From positions 7,936,001 through 8,000,000 of the forward strand of contig CM035351.1 in the NCBI GenBank assembly GCA_020137815.1: 64,000 bases of DNA. Reading direction: 5' to 3'. Each line of letters begins with the position of its first letter. Position 1 is the first letter of the stretch. Both the position numbers and the translations under genes were made by a program. The stretch is from Hormiphora californensis (lineage: Eukaryota; Animalia; Ctenophora). The notes beneath the pieces are model-generated. The model was not told where the DNA came from and ran no database searches. It worked only from the letters and a program-made list of their open reading frames with translations. This document shows positions 1-12,491 of the stretch, piece after piece.

Positions 1-233
1 GATCAGGGGAGAGTTAATTGGGGCTCTCTTGTGACCGTTCCTGAAAATACAGGGGACTTGTGTTAGTAGGGTGACTGATAGTTTCCCCTACCCCTCACAT
101 AATTCTACAGTCTAAACGTCACCCCTCTACATGAGGGGATCCGGGAACCTCACTCCCAATTAGTCCCAACTAATAACCTGTTCCAGTCGGAAGCAGCATT
201 TGACTGAGTAACACTTCGTGCCCCGACATTCAT
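1..233 (-). CDS. First two coding exons of a Kv (Shaker-superfamily) channel; gene runs off the left edge
   Basis: Exon 233-178 (MNVGARSVTQSNAASDWN) and exon 40-1 (RNGHKRAPINSPLI) join in frame across a GT..AG intron (177-41). The duplicate at ~49.5-49.7 kb continues into T1-domain motifs (FFFDR, ELxYWGL). Confidence 0.65.
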
Positions 234-1899
234 ATCTTAACAAGCTGAATAAGACTTTTGGAAGAAGAATAACAGATTCAAACAATAATACTACAACTGT
301 CAACTAATTGCCTATTATTTTCCTTCTTCCGCTATAATTATAGCATATATATAACTACCATTCTAGTTAGTGTCCTATGAAGCGAAACGAAGTGATATAA
401 AAGGTACAGTAATATAAAAAAAGTTACAATGCGGGTATCGGTCGAATTGGCAGTCACTATCTTTCTATCTTTAACTTGCAATTTATTGAGCCCACAATGA
501 TTACTGTGACACGTCACACTACAAAAATATTAGCCTTTAGTACTGACCAGTGATTGTCGTACAGAGATAGATAGGACAAGATAGAGAGAGCGGGGGAGAG
601 CGAGAGAGATAGATAGGATAAGATAGAGAGAGAGATAGGATAAGATAGAGAGATAGTAGGATAAGGTAGAGAAAGGGAGATGGAAAGGAGGGAGTTAGGG
701 TAGAAAATTGCCGCTTTCCACCTGACGTAAATAAGCCTGAACATCTAGAGGGAGACAATAATTAGAAATATACGCATAACAATTAAAAAAAAAGAGAGAG
801 GAAAAAAGATAGGCAACTTTAGAATTAGTAGATTGGGTAAATAGACACAGAAAGAGGAATTGTCTCCAGCACTTGTTGACTACAACAATTCAGCACTATA
901 ATGCAATCCTACAAGTAACAAGAATATATCATCACGACCTGTATCAACTGTGTGACGGCGAAGACTCAAAATTGCAGAAGAGAGGGAGAGAGAGAATATT
1001 AGAAAGAGGAAATAAAGAATCAAAAATGAAGGAATGCCAAGTTAGCTGGGGTTTTCTCCCGCTAACAATTGATGATTTTAATGCGCCAATTACCACGTCA
1101 CTGCACGTACCGAGACCCCCCCTAGTTATGCACATGACACATTCCGGTGCTAATTAGCGTTAATTAGTTGGGAATGTGGTGGGGCCATGGGCATTTATCC
1201 AATTCACACGTGGTCAACGCATTAATGATACATGCGTTTCTGTGGCTTGAGGTACGTGCTGGCAATCTTATTCAGTTGCTTAGGAGATGCTGTGCTACCA
1301 AGGGGAGAGATGCATTAAATTCTCTCACGCCGGTTATCTCGGAACAGGAAAGTAAAAGTGAGGTCGATTAATATGTAGTGGTAACCAAATTAACGCATAA
1401 ACATTCATACCAATCATAAACCATTAAACCAGTTTGATCTCTCTCCATTTTCCCTCTCTTCCTCTCTACCAGACATCAGTTATTCTGCGGATAATTTATT
1501 TCTCATATCAACTTACCAGGAAGAACCAGACGATCCAAGACTCCCCCATATTGCCACTAATTGACCGGTCTTGGAACCAGACGACCAATTATTGATCCTC
1601 CAGAGATGAACTGTTTATCCTGGCTAGACATAGCAGCTAGGGAGAGAAATAGTGAGATTTTAGATATATGAAATAAATCTTATTTAATGAACATTTAGTG
1701 TTAATTGATTTAATTACACGAATTAAGTAAGTTCCATAATCACTAAGAATATGTAACAGACTACAACACGAAATCGTAGCTCTATGACATCTATAAATTG
1801 TAAAATAGAACTATCAGGATCTCAGAGAGAGAGAAAGAGATATTATGGTAAAAGAGTCCTCCTTTTCCACCGACAAAAGGCAGCTAAAGTTACTCCTCA

Positions 1900-4800
1900 C
1901 TACGTCTTGTCCTGTTCCTTGGATGACTCAGAGTGCCCGTACATATTGGAAGGTATGGGGATCATGTCTTGTTGTACATAGAAGCGAGGCATGTACATTG
2001 CTGCTGCTGCCGCTGCCGCTGCCTGGTTCCCGCCTCCTGGAGACGCTGCAGAGGAAGTAAAGTGTTAGTAACTAGGAGTTACTAGGTCAGAGTTTGCGGG
2101 TATAGGCCCGGATATAGGGGTGTCAGGTTATAACCTACCAAATATTCCCTTTCTCATTGCCTCGATTCGTCTCTCCAACTCCCTCCTCTCCCCAGTAATG
2201 GGGGATGACTCCTTGAACTGTTGCTGTTGCTGCTGCTGGGAGTGGGCCTGTTGGGCCTGCTGTTGTTGCTGTGCTTGTTGCTGCTGCTGGAGGTGCTGTA
2301 TCAACATGGGGCCCAGACTCCTCCATAGCTCAGGATTCACCTGGTTCAACTGGTTCAGCTGATCTGCATACGATCTGAGATGCTGCTGTTGTACCAACTG
2401 ATAAAAGAGAGGGGTGTTACACAGGATAGATAGAAGGGGGTATGCTTGGGAATTTGTGACTAGTGGTTGTATAAATCACTTTCTATCACCCTATCTAAAT
2501 TCAGAAAGACTATGAAACCTCACCTGTTGTATCTGGGCGGGTGATGCAGCAGAGTGGGCGGCAGCAGCAGCAGCAGCTAGTTCCTGGGCCTGTAGCAGCC
2601 TCTGCCTGTTCAACTCCTGCATTCCAGGTGGTCCCCCTCCCTCCGCTAGAGATCTAGCTATCTGTTGCTCCAGCTGCTGCTGACTATAATTCCTGATTTC
2701 AGCAGCACTAACAGCGGCCGCTCTCTGCTCAGCTGCTGCCCGCTGTTCTGCAACTGCTCTCTGTTCAGCAACTCTTTGTTCAGCCACTCTTTGTTCAGCA
2801 GCCGCTCTCTGCTGCTCGGCGGCTCTCTGCTCCGCTGCTGCCCGCTGCTCAGCGGCTCGTTGCTGCTCTAATCTCTGCTGTTCTGCTCGTTGTTTCTCCG
2901 CCATTGCTTGCTCTGCAACATGTACTTGTTGCTGTTGTAGGGCCTGTACTTGTTGAAGTGCCGCCCTCTGTCTCTGTTCCATATAGTGCTGCTCAGCCTT
3001 CCTCTGGTGCTGCTCCACCAGCGCATTAGCAAGGGTTCTCTGTTCCAGAACACTCCTCTGTTGGTCTATAATGTTGTTCAATTCCTCAGTGCGGGGTATT
3101 ATAGAACCAGATTTGAACTGGGAGAAAGCAGATCCACCCGACCAGGCTGATCCACCTGGGATAGTACGCTTCTCCGGGTGGAACGCAGAGCGAACCGAAG
3201 CAGACCTGAAAGTGAAAATATGAGATGTGTATATCAGATTTAGGGAGAATATAGTTGAACTTTTCGAACGAAGTTTTAGGAGACAGATACAGACCGAGTG
3301 CGGAGTGGGATATGTACTACATACCTCGCTTGTCCCTGTTGTTGCGCCTGCTGCTGCTGTGCTTGTTGAGCTTGTTGTGCTTGCTGTTGCTGCTGAGCCT
3401 GTTGCTGTTGCTGTTGCAACCCCTGAACCATCTGTAGAAACTGTTGCTGTTGTGCAGCAGTGGAACGTTCCTTTCCTGACTTTCCTTTACCCCCGGCACC
3501 CTGGTGGTGGTCCACAACTGAAACAAAGAGAGATGAAACATACCGGTTAAATCACCATAGCAACCCACCATAGCAACCTACTATAATAGCAACCTACTAT
3601 AATAGCAACCTACCATAGCACCCTACCATAGCAACAGCTACCATAGCAACCTACCATAGCAACCTACCATAGCAACAGCCACCATAGCAACCTACCTCTA
3701 GTAGTTGTTTTAGGACTGGTAGTTTGTTGTTGTTTTAGCCGCACCACATTTCTTTGTTTCTGCTGCATGGCAGCAGCCTGCTGGGCCTGGTGGTGCTGCT
3801 GCTTCTGTACAGCCTGCTGCTGGATACCTTGTAGCAGCCTTATCGCCTCATGCGGCTTGTTCGGATCTGTGTAGGGAAGGAAGGTATTATATCAGTAACT
3901 CATCCAACTATTAGCAGGTAACTATTAGATGACTATGGTTGGTAACTATGGTTGGTAACTATGGTTGGTAACTATGGTAACAGCTCACGTACAGTTGGCA
4001 GGTATGCTGGCTAGTTGTTGAGCCATGTGAGGGTTCAGACTGGCAGCCAAGAAAGTCTGGGCCAGGGTCTCCTGTAGTGTCTCTTGTAGAGTCTGGTCCT
4101 TCTTTATCTGGGCCTGGTCCTTAGCCTTCCTCTTCCCTGCATCTTCAGTACCGTTCCGCCTGAAGAATGGGACGATAGTAGAGACAGAAAGTATGACTAG
4201 CAAAGTCAGAAAGTGTGACTAGCAGAGACAGAAAATGTGACCAGTAGAGACAGAAAGTAGAGACAGTGACTGTCTGGTAATGAGCACTGTGATGTAGTTA
4301 CTCACGCCACGGTGGTGACAGTATAGGGGGTCTCCTCACTAAAATCATAACAGATGGGAAGATCCCCAGAAGAAGAGGAAGAGGGGGGTCTACTGGCACC
4401 CTTCTTCCTGAGATCCTGATCCCCTCCACCCTCCTCTGCATCGTCAGTCTCACTTCCTGCAGTAGGGGGTTCTGCGCTACTGTTTAATAGAACTTCACTC
4501 GGAACCATGGAAAATAGAGATGATATACCGAACATCATCATGATTCAGTCATGGTTTGACTAACTCCTTGTTTCATTTTTGTAACTAGTCAGTAGTCATG
4601 ACAACTAGAGAGAGCTCTAGAGTCACTAGTCATGACAACTAGAGAGAGAGTCACTAGTCATGACAACTAGAGAGAGAGTCAGTAGTCATGGAAACTAGAG
4701 AGAGAGTCAGTAGTCATGACAACTAGAGAGAGAGAGTCAGTAGTCATGACAACTAGAGAGAGAGAGAGTCAGTAGTCATGACAACTAGAGAGAGAGTCAG

Positions 4801-6945
4801 TAGTCATGACAACTAGAGAGAGAGTCAGTAGTCATGACAACTAGAGAGATGCTAGTCAGTAGTCATGACAACTAGCGATTGTAACTCACCATGGTGATTG
4901 ATGGGTGGATGATGTTGCTGCTGAGACACATTCAGCAGTTGTTTATGGGGTGGTTTATTAGAGAACTGTACTGCAATGGGGTCTTGAGGGGGATGGATTC
5001 CTCCTCTCCCTCCAATTAGCCTCTTCTTCTCCATTACCCTGCTACCATAGGGCTCATCTTCAGAGGCATCAAAGTCATAAACCTTGAACACAGAGGACTT
5101 CTTGTCGACAGGTCCTTTGTCTGAACTCTTCTTTTTACCTCCCGCCAGACCCTTTTCCTTGGTCTGCAAAGGAGAGGAAATGATAATATTAATAGGGGGA
5201 ATTAGAAAAATACCTGGTGACAATCGGGACCGAACTGACTACCTGAAGGCTATTGAATTCCTCTAGATCTATTAACCAATAATAATGTGGTATAATTACC
5301 AAGTTCTGTTCAGTAGAGGTGTGTAGTTGATCAGGACCGAGGTTGTTGTGTCTATGATGGGACTCTCCTATCCACCCTGCTATCTGGTTATCCTTAGTCT
5401 CCACTGGGGTTAGGATGGTAAAGAGGCCCTCCTTCTGGGGGCGATTCAACATTGTCGCCTTCAAACCTCCCCTTTCCGTGCCCTGTATTAGAGAGATTAT
5501 TAGGTGAAGACATAAACATAATGATCACATAATAAAGACACAATGAGAGGAAATGAAAGTGAATAAAAGACAGAATGAGACACTGTGTACTAACACCCAC
5601 CTGCTGATCGGAAGTCTCCTCAACAGTAGATACAACAGGTTCAGGTTTAACCTTCTCCTTGGGCTGTTTCCTCCCAGGTCCCGCCCTCAGCCCATACTTC
5701 CTCTTACCACTCTCCGCCGGGTCATCAGCATTCTCCCCATCAGTTGTACTAGCTTTAGCAGTTAGCCGGGGTAGATTCTTGAACTGTTTATCTCCTACAG
5801 CCCCCGCATGTGGTAGGGAGGTGTTACCATGGAGACCACTATCCTCACTCACCACTACCCCCTCTGTAGCCCAGCTGCGCTTCATGGTTGGAGGGGTATC
5901 GGATCGGACCACCTGGCCACCCTTATTACCACGTGACATGTGTGGCATCTGCTGGGTGTGGACAGAGAGAGGAGGGGGATTGGGTGCTGCGGGGTTGTGG
6001 AGTGGTGGTGGAGAGGGGTGGGTGGAGGCAGCAGCATTCTCCTCCATAGACCGTACCATTGCTATCACATCCGGGGTAGTGGGGCGTGGTATAGAGTTGT
6101 CATGGTGAGCCTCCAGAGGTGGCAGACACCCACTATCCACCGTTGTTAGGGAGGTTGCTATGGAGGTTGCTATGGACCTCACCTCAGCCTCCTTATTGTT
6201 CTCTATAGATTCAAGGGTCTTTATTATCGCATTCGGATCACTCTCTATCTTTAGATCACCCTGTGGGAAGTTGGTTGTTTACTTAACAATTGAAAAGGGA
6301 GATAGTTTATTAAACTGGAACATTTCGAAACACTGTTTCGCTGCAACTGAGACAATGTTTCCCCGACTTACATCTCCATTCTCGATTACAGCATTGACGG
6401 CATTAGGGTCAACATCAAAGTCATCAATATTTGACTCCGATTCATCGGACATCTCAGAATCCTTACTCTTAGCATCTTGAAACTTCTGGAGAGGGGGAAG
6501 AAGATAGGTTGTAAATAGTTCACACGAGAACAGATGTCGTTTAAAACTATTTTACCAGAACTAAACCATAAAAAGTCAACTCCGTCAAAACTCCAATTAC
6601 TGATTCTCACCACAAGAAGAGGGTTTTTGATGCACTCATCCAGGTTGAATCTCTTCTTGTTGGTCTGAAAGAAATGTTTCACTTGGGCCGCTGTCTTGGA
6701 TGGCATGTCCTTGGATATCTTGGTCCAGTTCTTACCGACCCTTCTCAAACCTGGTGAAACTCTCATTATCAAACAGAACGAAATTTAAGCAAGAATTGGT
6801 GATATAAACAATGGGAGGAGGAGGGGATATACTTCAACTTACAGTCCTTGAGAATTTCAATGTCTGCATCACTCCATAACTTATCACTCTCGTTCTCCAC
6901 CCTCTTAGAGCGGGTTATACGGGGTGTAGCAGGAGATAGGGTCGC
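1900..6945 (-). CDS. NCOR: NCoR/SMRT-like nuclear receptor corepressor, 3' part (SANT2 plus Gln-rich C-terminus), multi-exon; 5' exons absent in this copy
   Basis: Exons 6945-6843 and 6750-6611 splice to LWSDADIEILKDCLRRVGKNWTKISKDMPSKTAAQVKHFFQTNKKRFNLDE (SANT2). Further GT-AG exons at about 6485-6372, 6260-5601, 5482-5300, 5163-4890, 4479-4306 and Q-rich exons to 2139. Last exon 2045-1900 ends in TAG. Matching SANT1 exons lie at 62.9-63.6 kb. Confidence 0.85.
3555..3695. repeat. Intronic minisatellite (CCATAGCAACCTA-like units)
   Basis: About 10 imperfect tandem copies inside an NCoR intron. Confidence 0.85.
4590..4876. repeat. Intronic minisatellite (GTCATGACAACTAG(AG)nTCAGTA, ~28-32 bp)
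   Basis: About 10 tandem units with variable AG number; degraded copy at ~53.74-53.98 kb. Confidence 0.9.
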
Positions 6946-7030
6946 CTGAAAGGGGGGGGGGGGTTGGGTTAACTGGCATTTACTTCTGAGAACAGCAAGC
7001 CACGCATTCAACAGATTATAATACCGATAG

Positions 7031-7137
7031 GGTGACCTACAACTTTGGCTCATAAAATCTATGAGCCATAGATGCATGCAACTATGGCTCATAGATTCTA
7101 TGAGCCATAGTTGCATGAGCCATAGTTGTAGGTAATC
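7031..7137. mobile_element. Short palindromic MITE (left end of the cargo element; see 56023-62800)
   Basis: Ends GGTGACCTACAACTTTGGCTCAT ... ATGAGCCATAGTTGTAGGTAATC are inverted repeats; preceded by TACCGATAG at 7022-7030. Confidence 0.7.
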
Positions 7138-9239
7138 CAATAAGCGACATAGTGCACCAAAACAAAAGTATAGTAGTGCTCCGTGATTGTCAGACTGTAC
7201 ATCGCGCAACCTCAATGGACAGTCAGACCCCAAACCCTGCTTTATCACGCGCAAAGATGAAACGCGGCACGTTAAACACAGTTTGGGGTAAGACCATCCT
7301 CGCTACGCGGCCCGGTGCGAAGAGGACGGTCTTATATGAGACAAGCTCCGTGAGTGGTTGTTGACTTGTTGTATAGGAATTAGAAACAGAGAAAGAAGAA
7401 GAAAGAATGTGACAATTGTGGTGTTTAAATGATCAGAATGTACTATTTATCGATTATCGATTAATGTGCCGGTTGAAGTGGTCCTCAGAGCGCAAGGAAT
7501 CCACTGAGCCAATATCTTGCGATGCACAGTATATCAGAATTCCGATACGGCTTAAAAAACTGCAATATATATTTTTAGGGGCTTAGGGCCTAAGCCTTAG
7601 GCGGTAGTAGAAGTCCTGCGTTACGAGATATTTTAGAATCATATTCATCAAATATCGTGTGTTATATTTTGCACTTTTTCAACCTATAAGGTTGTGTTTA
7701 AAAAGGGGTACTGATCCGTACTCCGTCTTGCCAAGATGCCACTGCTAATGTTTTTTTACAGTTTCATACTAAAGCGATCCCGGGGGGTTTTGGCTGGTAG
7801 AACCAGTCAATACCAACACAAAACCACCAAGCGACTCAACACCTCCTTCTATCTAAAAACAAAAGCTTTTTTTTCTAGCTTTGAATTTCGTTTTTTTAGC
7901 AACAAAAAAAAGGACTTAAGTTAACCCTGGCTGAAGGGGAGCTGTATGCAGTGTTTAAGTGCCCTTGTTCCCTTTGTCTTCCATTGTTCGTTACACTACC
8001 TGCATATTGAGAACTAGGAGAGGGCGCCCGCTAGTAGCTAAAAGTCCTAGAGCATTAGGTCATCGCTCACATGACTATACTATCTCTCACCTCTATATCT
8101 ATCTCTCTCTATCTCTCTCTCACTATATCTCTGCTATTAGTGCTATCTCTCGATCTCTATGTCTTCCCTCTAGTCACCGAGTCGATCTTCTCGCTATCTA
8201 GAGATAATAAGATAGAGCTCTCATGCATGTTGATCGGGTGGAATCATTAAACCCGCGGAGAACAAAGGCCGGGCCGCGTACAATCGCTGCTTAGGGAACA
8301 AATTGTTATGTACCTAGTTGTGTATCTCCCCCACTTCTCTCATCTTCATCGTCTCTCTCTTCCTACTGTTCTCTCTCTCGTGCTCTTTCTCTCTCTCTCT
8401 CTCATGCTCTTCTCTCTCTTCTCTCTCTCGCCTCTCTCTCTCTCTCTATTCTCTTCATCCCTCCTCGTCAGTTTCTGTGTGAGGCATAATTAATTATTCA
8501 CTCACTCCATACAGATCGCGGCCTGTTTGCATATGTTCATAGCCCACCTCCCTCCCCTCTCCCATCACATTGATAGCTGCTACAATTTGCTGAATTAGGG
8601 TCTGGTGTCATTTGTTGCTAGGGTCTCCAATATACCATCTTCGTAATCGAGGGCGATTGGAAGCCATGTAGGCTAAGCATCAATTTGACAATCTGTCCTT
8701 GTTAAAAACCCCCCGTGTCGTTACCTTGAATTACTGAGCTTTATGTCATTATCATGCCCTAAAATAGTGGAACGTTAATGGGCCATTAATGGCTGTAACT
8801 CATACGAACTGTTATGTCCCCCTCTCCCCTTTAGTATATAAATTGAGAATCTACTGATAAAGGAACACCCGTCGCGGAAATAAAGGGACCCTCTCTTTCT
8901 CGTGTGTCGGAGAGCCGGCCTGCTTTGCATTCCCCAATTTTGTATTTGCCCCCGCGTTTTTTTTACTCCCCCGGTCACCTTCCATTTTTGTCCCCCGGTT
9001 TGATATAAATGAGACACACATTGTCCCCCTTTGTTTTAGTGAGATTTACCGACATGCTGCTCCCCTCTCTCTCTCTCATAATAATTATTCTGGAGAGCTC
9101 CTTGAAATCCGTGATGACGACTTATTCTCTTTGTGTTTTAAAGTATCTCTCTCCGTTCCTTGTTTGTATTGTTTCTAAATTCTAGTTAAAACATTGCTCC
9201 CCATCACCACTCTGTGTTTGTAAGCTTAGAAGTTCTAAA

Positions 9240-10800
9240 AAATTTTGGGGGGGAAAGTAAAAATTCCCCTTACAACACCAACAGCAACTGCAGCCCTGAA
9301 CTTCCAACTACGACCAATGATCATAGGAGACAAACCAGGTGAGACACTTGAACCAGCTTTTCTTTTTTCTTTTTTACCGTCACTTTTCCGCATTCCGTTT
9401 TACTTGGAGCTACGTTTTGGGCTGCCAAAGTAAAAAAAATTTTCCATGACCCTCCGTTTTTCCCGACAACAAGCTACAAAACCCCTGTTTCTGAAAAAAA
9501 AATTTTTTAAAAGAAAATCAGCATAGCGATATTACCAGCGCGATTCTAAATTTTCCCCCAAAAACTTTTTTTTCTTAATGTGTTTTTTAAAAAAAAAACA
9601 ATACAAAAAATATTTGACTACCTTTTATAAAAACCCCCCTTTTTTCAGTTTTTAAAACAACGTTTCGCCAGTATTTGGTAAAAAAGTCCTTTCACTCTCA
9701 AAGTTTTTTAAAAAGGTGTATACATGAAATTAAACTTCAAGCCACGGCGGGGGGGATAAAAAAAAGATGACACCCCAAAAAAAAAAAAGAAGAAAAAGGA
9801 AATCCCCTTTTCCCAGGGGAAAAAGAACGGAGATGAGGGGGGGCCGGCCTTGTTAAATTTATTAAAACCCCGGGTCCCCGTCGTTAAACGGGACCAAACA
9901 GGGCAAAACCAAAAAAAGGGGGGGAACCATCACCTTTTACCCAGCACCCTTTCCCCAAGAGAACCCCCCAACCCCTAAAAGGAAGAAAAGGGGGGGGGGG
10001 GGGGGGGTGGAACGGGCCATTTTCCCCATAAAAGGGGGGAAAACCAGAGGGGGGGGGGTTGGGGAGGGGGGGGGGGGGGGGGGGGGGGGTGAGGAAAAGG
10101 AGAGAGAGAGAGAAAGGGAGGAGGAGAGAGAAAAATAAAAGGAGAGAGAGAGAGAGAGAGAGAGAAAAAAAGTTTTGGGTAGCTAAAGGGTTGAAAAAGT
10201 TTTTTTAGTTGAAAAAAAAATACATTTACCTTTTATCTTTTTTGTTTTGCCCCCAAAAAAACTGACAATGACATTCCATGCGGCGAGGAACCCCCCCCCC
10301 CAATTCGCATGTGTCCCCCTCTTTATTATGCGGTGGACTTGTAAATAATGGTCCTCTCTTTAACTTAATAGACACCAATTAGATGATACATAACAAAGAG
10401 AGATGCTTTAAAACTAAAGGCCTTTTTGTGTTGTGGGTGAGACACTGATCCTATGGGAGATATTATATTTATACTTTTTTTTGCGACAAATACCCCGTAC
10501 GTGCCGGAAATTTTCTCTTTTCTATAATTAAACCCCCCAGTCCCTTAATAAACATGGTGCATGCGAACGGGGGAGAGGGGGGAGGAGGAGAGAGAGAGAG
10601 GGGAAGAGGAGGAGAGGAGAGAAGGGGGGAGAGGGAGGAGGGGAGAGAGGGGGAGGATAAAAAAAGGGAAAAAAGAAAAAGGGTTTCGCACAAGGGGCTG
10701 GAGCACACAAAGAAGCAATGTGAGAAGAGCTAAGGAGAATGGCTATTCCTTGAGAAGAGAAGTATTTTCCGAAATTTTATATTTCCCACCGCACATAAAA
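9240..10800. other. Low-quality, homopolymer-inflated sequence
   Basis: Abrupt excess of long A/T/G/C runs relative to flanks; no credible coding signal. Confidence 0.7.
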
Positions 10801-11738
10801 TATAAGTTCAATAAACATTGTAGCTCTCTTTGGAGGACTGCAGCAGAACACCTAAACCTAAGCTAATCACATGGCCTGGGTAGTATCGCACGTGGCATTA
10901 TATGCGGTGTGCCATGGGGGGGGGGGGCTCATACTTAGTAGTAGTAGGACACATATTCAGTGTGCTTGTAACTTGTTCAACTGCTCGACCACGGCCGTTT
11001 ATTGTTTGAAGTACTAAGTAGATCAGAGAGAAAAGAAAGAGCTCTCCACGGCTACAGAAAAGAGTAACAATTGGTAGAGAGAGAGAGGTGTTGTAACATG
11101 GTTCACTTGGAGGGGGGTCAGGTGTTATTAGTTGCTTTGTTTCACAAAGAACTAGTGGTATTTATCGAATAAAGTGAACCGCTTCAATAGTGGCCCACGG
11201 TACTGCTCTTAATGAAACAAAAGCGCTAGGCAGATAATACTGGCACAAAGGTGCTATAATGCCATTATATAAATGTTATACCTACTCTCTTCTTCCTTCT
11301 TTTCTATCGTCAACAACTCGCAACACTTTTCCATTCTCCCCCGGCCCTCCTCCTATTGTCTCTTTTCCTCTAACGTATCACTTTGTACTCTCTCTCTCTC
11401 TCTCTCTATAGAGATAGATAGCGCTCGCTGCTCTAGACTCTCTGGCTCGTAGCGCTCTATCATCTCTCGCTGGTCTACCTATTGCTATTTAGTATTTTCT
11501 CGTTATTCTGTAGTAGCTACTTGCACTGCAGAATAGCATTGGCCGGGTAACGCCTTGTTTCATAATTGGAATTGTGTTCAAACCGATATGCTGGTATAAA
11601 TTCAGTCACTAGGCCAAATACCACGAGAGCTTAAATAAATTGAATGTTATGGGAAGAAGAGAGAGGAGAGGAGAGAGGAGGAGAGAGAGAGAGAGAGAGA
11701 GATAGAGAGAGAGAGAGGAGAGAAGAGAAGAGAGGACG

Positions 11739-11779
<41 letters not shown>

Positions 11780-12491
11780 GTTAAACGCGAAATAAAGAAA
11801 GTAAAGGGAGATAGAGGCAGAGTACGGCTTGTTAAAATTATGTTTATCGTTTGGTCAGCTTTTGTGTTTAATTAAAAATCTTATAAATCATGTGACAATT
11901 CCCTCTGTAGTCTTCATAATCTTGTGTGTGAATCTAGTGTGATATAGATTCTCTTCCTACTAGTTAAGCTTTTAGAGAGGCCAGCTACCCTACTAAAAAG
12001 GGTATATAACCATTCTAAATTATTTAATTTCATTGGATTTTAGGAAGCAGCTCTCGTCAATGACTCTCTTGGCTTCTTCCACCTCTTCACTTCACTGTAC
12101 GTTTTATCCTAAATGGTGATCTGATCTTCTCTTAGAGAATGAACCCTCATTTGTAGAGCAGTTCTCTCCATCAGATCTTAGCAGAACAATGGTATCTAGA
12201 TCTAGAATATATATCTATCAGCTCACAAAACAATATAAAACTCTGCGCCCCTTCTCGATACACAACATGTTATGATGAAACGCGAACAATAGGGTGTATC
12301 GCTCTTATATGCTATCAAGAAACAACAATCAAAAGCTCACCCGATCTAACTTTAAGAGATAAACGATAAATAATAAATTGTACTTGTAGAAAGAAATTCT
12401 TATGGGCGCTTGAAAATGCAAAAAATCAATTCATTTTTTGAGCAAACTGTGTACAATTTGACTCATAAACTAACGGCTAACCCATGTTCAG

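Noticed and set aside
2120-3550. Cys- and Leu-rich plus-strand ORFs
   Set aside because: Antisense shadows of the poly-Gln NCoR exons.
8250-11400. Cluster of Sox-binding motifs (AACAAAG/CATTGT) upstream of Sox
   Set aside because: Short motifs are expected by chance in AT-rich DNA and part of the region is low quality; enrichment cannot be shown without computation.
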